A stretch of 40,585 nt of DNA from Octopus bimaculoides (GCF_001194135.2 NC_069002.1:21678352-21718936); one strand, 5' to 3'. Positions 23,550 to 35,005 are shown, counted from the first letter of the stretch. Numbers and translations: made by a program. Notes: generated by a model from the letters alone, not told the origin.

Positions 23550-24207
23550 ACAGTCCTTTCTACTGTACGTACAAAGCCTGAAATGTTATGGAAGTGAATT
23601 AGTCGATTATCGACCCCTAGTGGTCAACTGGTATTTAATTCATCGACCGTGAAGAGATGAAAAGTAATGTAGACCTCGACGAAATTTGAACTCAGAACAT
23701 AAAGAAAGATGAAATGCTGCAAGGCATTTTGTCCGGCATGCTAACGATTCTGCCAGATCGCCGACGTCGTCTTCGCTAATATGATTTCAAGTTTTGGCAC
23801 AGGACCAGCACTTTTTGAGAGGAAGGGAAGTCGATTACATCGATCCCAGTACTTGATTTGGTACTTATTCTATCGATACCTAAAAACTGAAAGGCAAAGC
23901 CCAACCCGGCCGAATTTGAACTCTGAACGGGAAGTCGGAAGAAGTGTCGCCAAGCGTTTTTTTCGGTGCGGCAACGCGTCTGTCAGTTCGCTGGCTGCGT
24001 CTTCTCAACTAATAATTTCTTACATAAGTACAATGTCAGAAGTGTGGAGATAAATCGACCCTGGGACATGATTGGTACTTTATTCTATCGAAAGCAGAAG
24101 GATAAAAGTCAAATGCGGTTGACCTCGGCGGGATTTGAACTCAGTATATAAAGAACCGAAACGAAATAACAAGACATTTTAACCAACACTATAACGATTC
24201 TGCCAAT
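23550..24207 (-). mobile_element. three tandem degenerate family A SINEs (about 23550-23765, 23785-23996 and 24040-24207)
   Basis: Each carries GACCTCG/ACCCGG..GAATTTGAACTC(A/T)G and ends near CTG(C/T)CAG. Confidence 0.85.
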
Positions 24208-24737
24208 GATAAACAACGTATAATTACGTCTCACCTCCCTTCACTCTTCTACCACCCCCATTGCTACCTTGCCGCCGCCACCACCACCACCACTACAACC
24301 TCTGGCCTCCTGGTCTGAAATACAGATATCTGTTATCCTTCAATCTTTGATCAGTGACTTTTATATCGCGGGTCAGGATTGATTGATCGGACCTACGGCT
24401 TCTTTACAACAACAACAACAACAACAACAACACAAGAAATAGAAACATTGACGAGACGACTGGTGCACTTATACGTAATCTCTATAAATATAGTGATTGT
24501 AACAACCATCAGTTGTACATCAAACACCACCTTCGTCGCCACCGCCGCCACATCCGCCATTTCTAATATGGCGGTCGTATGTCTGAAGTTCTAAATCTTC
24601 AGGACAGCACAAGAGACATTTTGCTAAACACTTAAATTATTGGTACAGCTGAAAATATTATAGCTATAGATGATGATGCTGCTGCTGCTGATGATGATGA
24701 TGATCATCATCATCATCATCGTCGTCATCGTCATCGT

Positions 24738-24774
<37 letters not shown>

Positions 24775-25683
24775 GTCATCATCAACATTATCATGAGGAG
24801 GACGACTGGGAAGAATAAGGACATCGACGACGAATACCATGATGAGAATTATAATGGTGACGACGACGACGGCGGTGGAGGTAGTGGTGNNNNNNNNNNN
24901 NNNNNNNNNNNNNNNNNNNNNNNNNNNNNNNNNNNNNNNNNNNNNNNNNNNNNNNNNNNNNNNNNNNNNNNNNNNNNNNNNNNNNNNNNNNNNNNNNNNN
25001 NNNNNNNNNNNNNNNNNNNNNNNNNNNNNNNNNNNNNNNNNNNNNNNNNNNNNNNNNNNNNNNNNNNNNNNNNNNNNNNNNNNNNNNNNNNNNNNNNNNN
25101 NNNNNNNNNNNNNNNNNNNNNNNNNNNNNNNNNNNNNNNNNNNNNNNNNNNNNNNNNNNNNNNNNNNNNNNNNNNNNNNNNNNNNNNNNNNNNNNNNNNN
25201 NNNNNNNNNNNNNNNNNNNNNNNNNNNNNNNNNNNNNNNNNNNNNNNNNNNNNNNNNNNNNNNNNNNNNNNNNNNNNNNNNNNNNNNNNNNNNNNNNNNN
25301 NNNNNNNNNNNNNNNNNNNNNNNNNNNNNNNNNNNNNNNNNNNNNNNNNNNNNNNNNNNNNNNNNNNNNNNNNNNNNNNNNNNNNNNNNNNNNNNNNNNN
25401 NNNNNNNNNNNNNNNNNNNNNNNNNNNNNNNNNNNNNNNNNNNNNNNNNNNNNNNNNNNNNNNNNNNNNNNNNNNNNNNNNNNNNNNNNNNNNNNNNNNN
25501 NNNNNNNNNNNNNNNNNNNNNNNNNNNNNNNNNNNNNNNNNNNNNNNNNNNNNNNNNNNNNNNNNNNNNNNNNNNNNNNNNNNNNNNNNNNNNNNNNNNN
25601 NNNNNNNNNNNNNNNNNNNNNNNNNNNNNNNNNNNNNNNNNNNNNNNNNNNNNNNNNNNNNNNNNNNNNNNNNNNNNNNNNNN

Positions 25684-25847
25684 GTCTGCCGCTACATTCT
25701 GAGTTCAAATTCCGCCGAGGTCGACTTTGCCTTTCATCCTTTCGAGGTCGATAAATTAAGTATCAGTTGAGGACTGGAGTCAATTTAATCGACTTAACCC
25801 CCTCCTCCAAAATTTCAGGCCTTGTGCCAATAGTAGAAAGGATTATT
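25684..25847 (+). mobile_element. family A SINE, 5' end lost in gap
   Basis: CTGAGTTCAAATTCCGCCGAGGTCGACTTTGCCTTTCATCC. Confidence 0.92.
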
Positions 25848-25928
25848 TAAGAAAGATTTGATTGCAATATCTATAATTCGAGAGATCACATGACTCATTG
25901 ACCGGTGCTGCCACCCTTTAATATCAAG

Positions 25929-26040
25929 AATTCCTAACCCAGTTAGAAACAGTCCGAGGTAATAGAATTGTTGAATGGACAGGTAGAGTTACAGAGGTCA
26001 GAATCATTAAACGTGACGTCATCAATGGGATTTCAGCACG
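25929..26040 (+). CDS. candidate coding exon ((E)FLTQLETVRGNRIVEWTGRVTEVRIIKRDVINGISA+CG), phase 1 to 2
   Basis: Open frame bounded by an upstream in-frame stop and acceptor ATATCAAG; good donor CG|GTATGT; protein-like beta-rich composition. Confidence 0.5.
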
Positions 26041-26466
26041 GTATGTAAAGGGACGGACCTAAATACACCAGATAAGTTGGTTTGTTGCTCTACTGACTCT
26101 GATGCTCCAACACCAGTAAAGACAAGAACATATCACAACGTTCTCACCTTTCTCAACTTTAAAACATCTTACGGCGTTATCACCAAGAACAAGCACAACA
26201 ACAACTTCACCAAATCACCGCACCCCAACAACACCACCACAACCACCACAACCACCACCCATCAATACCATGAGCACCGTCGACATCATAAATATCATCA
26301 TCATCACCAACACCATAATATCACTGCCGACAGCATCACCATAATTCCCACCGCCACCAACTCTCCACCAATCTTGCCACGAACATCACCGCCGCCGCCG
26401 TAAAGTACAATATCACCACCATCATCGTCAATCCCACCAACATCTCATTAGTTATCTGCGTGTTAA

Positions 26467-26663
26467 GGCGGCGATCTGGCAGAATCGTTACAGTTCCGGG
26501 CAAAATGCTTAGCGCCATTTTGTCTGTCTTCGCGTTCTGAGTTCAAACTGCGCCGAGGTCGACTTTGTTTTACTTTCTTTCGGGGTCGATAAAATAAGTA
26601 CCAGCTGGACACTAGGATCGTTCTCCCCCGAAATTGCTGGCATGGTACCAAATTTGAAACTAA
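26467..26663 (+). mobile_element. family A SINE
   Basis: GGCGGCGATCTGGCAGAATCGTTA...GAGTTCAAACTGCGCCGAGGTCGAC. Confidence 0.9.
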
Positions 26664-27057
26664 TATCTCTCTTTCTGTTTACTTGACAGCTAGAACTAGC
26701 AGCTATGTGTTCCCCAAATCACACAGTCCTCTTAAAGAAAGGACGAAAGGATATGCTATATATGACCACTTTAGATACAGTTAAACGGTTTGGCCACGAA
26801 TGGATTATATGTGATAAAATGTCAGCTCGATCAGGGTTGGGCCTAAGCTAGAAGCCAACATCAAGGTCTTAGATGATGTTATAGTATTGTGGTTCGAATC
26901 TTGTTACTGTCGCCTCGAAAATAATTCACAAATATATATTACCAATAAATATCCACCCACTTTTATTATTGATAACTAAAAGTTCTTCAGATATATACAT
27001 ATGTACGTACGTACGTACATACATGCATACATACATGCATACATACATATATGTATG

Positions 27058-27088
<31 letters not shown>

Positions 27089-27213
27089 TATGGTTGTTTC
27101 TCGAACACGTCATCTGAGAAAGACGGTTCTGCAATTTCTTGCACAAATGCACCCTCACACATACATACATATATACATTGCTAGCTTGATAGCTAGGAAG
27201 ACAGACAGACAGA

Positions 27214-27265
<52 letters not shown>

Positions 27266-27287
27266 TAGATAGATAGATAGATAGATA

Positions 27288-28303
27288 CATTTCTTTTATT
27301 AGCCACACAGGGCTCAACGAAGATGGGACAAATANNNNNNNNNNNNNNNNNNNNNNNNNNNNNNNNNNNNNNNNNNNNNNNNNNNNNNNNNNNNNNNNNN
27401 NNNNNNNNNNNNNNNNNNNNNNNNNNNNNNNNNNNNNNNNNNNNNNNNNNNNNNNNNNNNNNNNNNNNNNNNNNNNNNNNNNNNNNNNNNNNNNNNNNNN
27501 NNNNNNNNNNNNNNNNNNNNNNNNNNNNNNNNNNNNNNNNNNNNNNNNNNNNNNNNNNNNNNNNNNNNNNNNNNNNNNNNNNNNNNNNNNNNNNNNNNNN
27601 NNNNNNNNNNNNNNNNNNNNNNNNNNNNNNNNNNNNNNNNNNNNNNNNNNNNNNNNNNNNNNNNNNNNNNNNNNNNNNNNNNNNNNNNNNNNNNNNNNNN
27701 NNNNNNNNNNNNNNNNNNNNNNNNNNNNNNNNNNNNNNNNNNNNNNNNNNNNNNNNNNNNNNNNNNNNNNNNNNNNNNNNNNNNNNNNNNNNNNNNNNNN
27801 NNNNNNNNNNNNNNNNNNNNNNNNNNNNNNNNNNNNNNNNNNNNNNNNNNNNNNNNNNNNNNNNNNNNNNNNNNNNNNNNNNNNNNNNNNNNNNNNNNNN
27901 NNNNNNNNNNNNNNNNNNNNNNNNNNNNNNNNNNNNNNNNNNNNNNNNNNNNNNNNNNNNNNNNNNNNNNNNNNNNNNNNNNNNNNNNNNNNNNNNNNNN
28001 NNNNNNNNNNNNNNNNNNNNNNNNNNNNNNNNNNNNNNNNNNNNNNNNNNNNNNNNNNNNNNNNNNNNNNNNNNNNNNNNNNNNNNNNNNNNNNNNNNNN
28101 NNNNNNNNNNNNNNNNNNNNNNNNNNNNNNNNNNNNNNNNNNNNNNNNNNNNNNNNNNNNNNNNNNNNNNNNNNNNNNNNNNNNNNNNNNNNAGAGCTTA
28201 TCCCGAACGGGTAGTGCTTCTCGATAGCACTGCCAGGCCAGGGATCTCTGGAAGTTGTCCATAGGTCCCGGTCCGAAGGTCGTCTTAAACAGGCGGGTCA
28301 GGT
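27288..28303 (-). mobile_element. 5'-truncated Tx1/L1-like LINE, copy 2 (centre in N gap 27335-28192)
   Basis: Left end TTCTTTTATTAGCCACACAGGGCT matches the 3' end of copy 1; right end reads LTRLFKTTFGPGPMDNFQRSLAWQCYREALPVRDKL; (GATA/GACA)n at 27199-27286 and (GATA)n at 28304-28416. Confidence 0.85.
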
Positions 28304-28324
28304 TAGATAGATAGATAGACAGAC

Positions 28325-28365
<41 letters not shown>

Positions 28366-28366
28366 T

Positions 28367-28419
<53 letters not shown>

Positions 28420-29769
28420 TTTTTTCATTTAAATGTAGTTCGGCATTATGGTTGTGTAAAGGTTAATTACGGAAGAATATAAAGAACCATAACAAAGCAC
28501 GTGGGGATGTTCATAAAAGCGCCAATAAAGATGGAATGATCACAGCAAGGAACATTGATTAAGCAACTCTTTAATCAGTTGTCGTGATATGTTGATGACT
28601 GTACGTTCGAGCAGCGGTGAACCGGTGGAACTGTACAGTAACATTGTATAACAATATATCATTGTCATAGATTTGCTGTTTCAACAGAGATGAGCTGGTA
28701 CAATACAATACCGTTCAGTAAATGATCATAATATTGTACATTTGTTGCTTGTAAAGAGATGAGCTGGAGTGATACTCATCGTGGAAAAAAATACAGATCC
28801 CTGTGTTGTTCAATGGCTCGAGCAGATTAAACAATAGACTGTACTATGAGACAACATATCGTTGATTTGCGGCTCAAACAGACAAGAATGCTACAGCGAA
28901 ATGTATCAAATTTTATCATTATGTCGTTGATCTGTATAACATCATAGTATTGCCACTGATCTTCAGTCCAAACAGACAAAAATAAGCGACACATAGCACT
29001 GTGTAACAACATATCTTTATGTCGTTTATCTGCAGCTCAAACAAAAATGAACAGCACCTACGCAACACGAAAAAACAACGTCACACCTACTCATGTCCGT
29101 ACTGTCATTGGTTTTATTCAAGATGACCTGCAGCTCTTCACTACGAAAAAAAATCAACGCTCCTTCATTTTTACTATTACAATAGAAATCTGACAATTTT
29201 ATTTTCTGCATATTGAGTCAGTCCTAAGGGAAGTTTCTTGGAAAGCTCGTGGTTTGTTTGATCTAACAAACAGCATCTCAAACAATTAACAATATTACAA
29301 CCTTTAACACATAAATCTGAGATAACATCAACAAGAAATGTCAACTTTACTCAAGTTCAAAGAAAGTCAGCAAAACCACACCAAACACATCACCGTCTTT
29401 CTTATGAAAAAAATATCACCACCGCCACCACCGCCATCAGCATTAATCCTTAGTGAAGGAGGCACAAACACTTAGACATTGCAACCAAATCTCCCTCAAA
29501 ACCATACCCTACTGTCCTGAGAATTGTTTAGGTGTGATTTCCATTGTTGAAATGCTTTTAGCTATGAATTTGCTCAATCAATCAATAACTTTTATCATAG
29601 GTGTGGTTAATCAGTGTTGACCTACGCTTAAACAACGACCACAGCAACAACAACAACAGCAGTACCATTATCACCAACATTTGTCATGTTTTTAAAAGTG
29701 AACAGATACATTTTGGCTTGACCGGGTAGTCTTAGCGGCTAAATTTAACCTCATATTATTGCTAGGTGA

Positions 29770-30256
29770 ACTAGAAAAAAATGGGTCGACTAAAAAAACT
29801 CAATCTCTATTCTCTCCAACGCTGCTGTTAACACTAAATCATTTGTGTGATGTGGAAAATATTCCATCAATATTGCACAAATGATGTTGGCATCAATTAT
29901 AAAATCCATCCAAGACTTGGTCCCCGTGCTATCCGCCCACTACAAAAATCGAACTCATGACACATGACATTACGACGCAACTACTTTACCTCAACCGGTC
30001 CAGCTCTCTTTAATATTATACCAAAATACGTCAAAACGGAAACAGATTCCATGCAATTCAAAAGTTCTCTGGACAAATTTCTCAAAACAATCCCGGACCA
30101 ACCTTCTACACTCAGATGTGTCTCCAACAATAATAACCCTTTGCTAGAGTGGGTCATGTTATCTCATATATGACTAAAAGACTTCACCAGGTGGTGTTAT
30201 TAAGTTAGACATGGCCTGGGCCTATACTGGCCGAAACCTAAGTTATCTAAGTTACC
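29770..30256 (+). mobile_element. CR1-like LINE 3' end
   Basis: RLKKLNLYSLQR...TLRRNYFTSTGPALFNIIP...FKSSLDKFLKTIPDQP, typical of the CR1-group ORF2 C-terminus; short-repeat tail CTAAGTTATCTAAGTTA. Confidence 0.85.
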
Positions 30257-30377
30257 CTCTTAGATAGACTGTAGCTGAAAGAAAAATCCTGATAGTCACA
30301 GCAGGAACGCTTTTCATAATAGGTCTATTGGCGTAGGGCAGCGCTGGGGTGCACAGCATCCACAGCGACAAGCTTAC

Positions 30378-30391
30378 CTTTTCATTCAAAC
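30378..30391 (-). other. candidate 14-nt microexon GTTTGAATGAAAAG
   Basis: Acceptor TTTTCCTTCGCAG and donor AAG|GTAAGC; only the phase 1 to 0 reading ((G)LNEK) is stop-free. Confidence 0.3.
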
Positions 30392-30529
30392 CTGCGAAGG
30401 AAAATCTATAAGACTGGCAAACCTTTTTCATAGCTGCCTTTAATAATTACTTACGTTTAAGTTATAAATTTTCGCAGATCTATTCCCTACAACAAAGATA
30501 ACTGTTAAGTATAGACAACATTAATATTA

Positions 30530-30690
30530 ATTTCAAATTTTGGCAGAAATCCATCAATTACGGTGCAGGGAGATAAGTCGTTTGCATCGACCCCAGTACT
30601 CAACTGGTACTTACTTTATCGACCCCGAAAGAATGACATTGAACTCAGAACTTGAAGACGAACGACATTTTGCCCGGCAAGCTAACTATT
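30530..30690 (-). mobile_element. degenerate, internally deleted family A SINE
   Basis: ATCGACCCCAGTACTCAACTGGTACTTACTTTATCGACCCCGAAAG. Confidence 0.85.
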
Positions 30691-31820
30691 GAAAGACAGC
30701 AGTAATATTAACAAGTTGTGAGAACATATCTACACACTGCCTTGATCTACTCAATATAAACAGTGGAAATACTTTTCCACCAATATCCCTATTGTTTGTA
30801 AAATAGCGACCAAATATGTAACAGATCTTCGAGTAACAGAGACACTATTAAGACAAAATGGACAATGCTGTGACAACAGAATAATTAATGGCCACAATAC
30901 AAAAACATGAAAGATCCATGAAGAACACGTGACTTTCACCAGCTAATGAGAGCTCTTTTTTGTGATTGACCGACTTTCGAGAAATCGCATCCAAACCACC
31001 CCATCATTCTCCATTGTTTTATATGTGGAAAGAAAATGTCAAATAGTGTAGACATAAAAGTAAAAACTGGATGGTTACATCTGAGACATATGTGATCATA
31101 TACTTGCTCAATCCATGTCGATATGGGCTTAAACATCCACATCTACCTCAAGACCTGCAGCATGAAGTATTGAAGTATCGTCCCTTGAAACTTTTATTTC
31201 AGAGACACAATGTTAGAAGGCAGGTTGTGATGAACGGGTCGGTGTATACATGGACATCTAATGAGTTGACAGTAGGCTGAACGAATGAAGGAGTTGATAA
31301 ATGAATGAACGAATGAAGATGATAAATGAATGAACGAGTTTGTTGGTGGCAGATTAGATTTGTTGCCGGTGAATAAGGAGTGAATGGCAGGATGAGGTGG
31401 TCTCTGTTGAATCTTGGCGAGTAATTAACGAGAATGTGGGCAATGTCTGACCTATTTGATCAAGGACATTTGCTTGATCTAAAATAGATGCTCTCAAGAC
31501 AAGGGCGAAGCCGCCATGTAATCACTTGATCGGATAGAAACAGGAAGTAAGTCCCCTTCAAATCATACTGTACCCTTCTAAAAGAAGTACAGACAAATTG
31601 GAGAACGTGGAATTCAGGTTACGCAACTTCAGAAACAAAGGTGGGTGGACAATATTCGAATGCCGCGACAGACAGAATCATGGATATGTAGAGACACACA
31701 GCCGAAGAAACTAAGAAGGATGCTTGAACGGATGGATACTGATATATAAATATATATACAATTTTGCTAACCATTTTGAATACCGGAGATGAGACGAGGA
31801 GGCTGTTGACAGCAACTCAC

Positions 31821-31886
31821 AGATGTGTATGTGAATGTGTGTTTATTTCTGTAAACGTTAAAGAAATTTTAAGAATAACCACAGAT
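31821..31886 (-). other. candidate minus-strand exon, probably untranslated
   Basis: Very strong acceptor TTTTTCTCTTCTTTTTGTAG and donor CT|GTGAGT. Confidence 0.25.
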
Positions 31887-32452
31887 CTACAAAAAGAAGA
31901 GAAAAACTAAGTACAGAAATTGTTTTCACTGGAGTTTTAAGTTTCCCCTGACGGCTAATTAAGCTGTTGGATATATCCAGATCAAGTGAAAGAGAATTCT
32001 ATACTACATGCGTGTGCACGGGCGTGAGTGAGAGCGAGTGAGTGAGAAAGAGAGGACGAAAATGATAGACAAATAATACATCGATACAGAGGAGTGAGTA
32101 AAAAGAAAGCTAAACAGAAAGAAGACTTCAGAGATAGATACAGGAGTTGTTGATTGTGTGTGCGTGATTGTGTGTGTGTGTGTAGGAATATAAGTATGTA
32201 TACAAAAGCACATACAAAGTGCAAATATGGGAGTTGAAAACTGTCAGCGCATTTTGTGCAAATGTGTTCTAGTTTCTGTGTTAAACATGTTTCAAAACAG
32301 GTATTCTTTAGGCTGTGTTTTTTTTTATGTCGTGTAACCTAGCAGTTCAACAAATCGATTTCGAAAACGTATCTATCCATTAACTATCTAAAGTCTTTAG
32401 AAAATAACGGGCAATCCATAGTCGAGAGAAACCACCAACAAACACAATGAAA

Positions 32453-32644
32453 GCATAGGCCCAGCATCAGCCCAACATCGGCCCAGCGTTGGCCCTGTGC
32501 CGGCACAGCATGGACACACAATGGGCCCAGAATGGTTACACTATGGGCCCAGCATGGACGCAGCATGGACACAGCATGGGCAAAACATAGGCACAGCATG
32601 GGCATGGTATAAGTACAGTATGGGTACAACATGGGTATAACATG
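32453..32644 (+). repeat. degenerate ~11-bp minisatellite (GGCACAGCATG)n
   Basis: Direct reading; inverted counterpart at 33236-33318. Confidence 0.85.
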
Positions 32645-32808
32645 ACCACAGACCTGTCACTGAATCCAGTTGTCACATGTATTCGTAAATTTTATCGTTT
32701 CTGTGTTTCAGTTTCTGGTCTGCGGCCATACTGTGGCACCATTTTGAAGGGTTTAGCCTGATACTTATGTCATCGGTCTCGTTTTCTGAACCGCTGACAA
32801 GCGTAAAG

Positions 32809-32874
<66 letters not shown>

Positions 32875-33235
32875 CCAGTAAATGATGGGGTTGTGTTAGC
32901 CGCACGTGGAGAAATAATAGGAAAATAAAAAATAATAAGGCAGAATGCTAGACTGAAAGCATATTTTAATATAGATGTGTATAAGGAGGATTGCAAAGGA
33001 TTTGAAAAGGATTTCTAACCGGCTTTCATTGCATGGCAAACTTTCAAGAAGAGGGAGAATGAAAATGTTTTTTGCAAAAGAATAAAAATAATATATAAAA
33101 AAAATTATATAAAAAAATAAATATACCAATACATTATATTGTCTTTGAGCTTTTAAAGTCCAATGGTAATCCATGTAGATAATTTTTAGAAAGATTAGGA
33201 TGCATGGAATTAAAAGTTGTGTTTACAAAAAAGGG

Positions 33236-33318
33236 GCTGTCCCCATGCCGAGCCCATGCTGTGCCTTGCTGTGCCTTGCTGTGCCTTGCTGTGCCTATAC
33301 TGTGTCCATGCTGTGTCC
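33236..33318 (-). repeat. same ~11-bp minisatellite, inverted (CATGCTGTGCC)n
   Basis: CCCATGCTGTGCCTTGCTGTGCCTTGCTGTGCC...CCATGCTGTGTCC. Confidence 0.85.
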
Positions 33319-33319
33319 G

Positions 33320-33960
33320 CAGGCGGACTCATTCTTATATCCTAGAAGCCCAATCTCTAACATTGGACTCCTTGACGAGGAAATACTCCGTCGGATCAAC
33401 TTTGCCTCTGCATCTTTCGGGAGACTCAGCAAACAAGTCTTTCAGAACAAGAACCTTAGAACAAGCACAAAAATCAGCTGTTATATATAGCCCTGCTATA
33501 TGGGTTTGAGTGCTGGAGCCTTTCTCGGCGCCAGATCAGACAACTGAAAGCGTTCCATATCAGATCACTCCGAAATATCTTTGGTATCACCTGGAAGGAC
33601 GAGGTGCCCCAGACTGAAATCCTTCCGAGGGTTGGAATTTACAACGTTAATGCCTGCATCATTCGTTGTCTTCTCATTTATGCCGTATTGGTCTTGGACC
33701 TTTGGCTGTTAACCGGAAGGCATGGATGTCTGTGTGAGATGCTGGGGTAGAGTGCTTTGGAACCGAACACAGGAGACTTCATGAAAAGAGGAGGAGATAT
33801 CATCATCAACAACCTGTGGGTGCTGTTCGGGGTTATTTCCAATGCCCTCAATGCCACAGGATCTGCCTGTCCCGTATCGGTTTCGTCAGTCACGTCTGCC
33901 CCAGTAAGAAACAATGTGCTGTAGGTGGAGGAGGATGAATGTCTTGGATCGATGCTGTCA
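33320..33960 (+). mobile_element. RTE-clade LINE 3' end, internally deleted
   Basis: LDEEILRRINFASASFGRL...TKI, LLYGFECW, LKAFHIRSLRNIFGITWKD, then C-terminal CPQCHRICLSRIGFVSH zinc motif. Confidence 0.9.
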
Positions 33961-34548
33961 TCACCTTTGATGGATTTTCATAACCAAGTAATATACACAT
34001 ATATGTGTATATATATATATATATATNNNNNNNNNNNNNNNNNNNNNNNNNNNNNNNNNNNNNNNNNNNNNNNNNNNNNNNNNNNNNNNNNNNNNNNNNN
34101 NNNNNNNNNNNNNNNNNNNNNNNNNNNNNNNNNNNNNNNNNNNNNTATATATACATGCTTACATGCATACATTCATACATATACATGTTTATGTATGTAT
34201 GTATGTATGTATGTATGTATTTATGCATGTATGTATGTATGTATGTATGCATGCATGCATGCATGTATAATCCATTTACAAAAACAGACACACAGGTGTC
34301 AATACATATCAACGTAAATAAATGTAAATTTTTATGGCTTTTGGAATGTGGAAGGTAACTATGGTAACAAACATTATTTTTGCGTTTGAAAAAATATTGA
34401 TAAACTGGATGGTAGCTAATGTATAAAAGCTCAAACTCTTTGCGAGCAATAAAAATATTCCTCATTGTTCGAGGTTTATAAGAAGATATAGTATGTGGGT
34501 TTATCTATTAGCATAAATGGATGGTCTAATTTACTGGAGAATTTTCAG

Positions 34549-34602
34549 TGTTCTATGTGGGCAGGAAGATATGTGCTCAAAATGTTAAGAAATTGTCTTT
34601 TG
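34549..34602 (+). CDS. weak candidate 54-nt symmetric exon
   Basis: CTAAT branch, ATTTTCAG acceptor, TTG|GTAAAT donor; two frames open (CSMWAGRYVLKMLRNCLL or FYVGRKICAQNVKKLSF). Confidence 0.25.
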
Positions 34603-34764
34603 GTAAATTTATGGACCTATTTGCCAGTCGTGTAGAGTTTAGAAGGATTCTAAGACCAGAGTAATTAGCCAAAGAAAGGATTTTCCATCTGTTTTACAAT
34701 GGATAATACGAATTTGCTCAGTGAAACGTCGTTGTTTCTACTTCGCTTGTTGAACATATAAAGC

Positions 34765-35005
34765 CGTAAAGTTCCTTCCTGTGTCATATAGACTCATAGG
34801 GCTGGTTTCCCGGTTTCTGTGGTGTATAACCCCACCCCTCCATCCTGGACGGGACGGCGTTCCGTCGCAAGGTTACTCACTGCTGCCAGCTGCACAGAAT
34901 GAAGCAACGTAAAATAAAGTGTTTTGCTCAAGGAAACAACGTGTCACTCGGTCTAGGAATCGAAACCACAATCTTACCATCATGAGTCCAGGCGTCTCCA
35001 CCAAA
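34765..35005 (-). mobile_element. SINE related to family D with a different 3' part
   Basis: GCAACGTAAAATAAAGTGTTTTGCTCAAGGAAACAACG...GGAATCGAAACC. Confidence 0.75.

Noticed and set aside
25929-26040. Wolframin assignment from G.R.V.WTGR...VR
   Set aside because: Generic OB-fold-like pattern over too few residues, so no gene symbol is given
30751-31280. Adjacent 60-70 aa ORFs and a CFICGKK zinc-finger-like word
   Set aside because: No complete C2H2 spacing or TGEKP linkers; stops interrupt all frames
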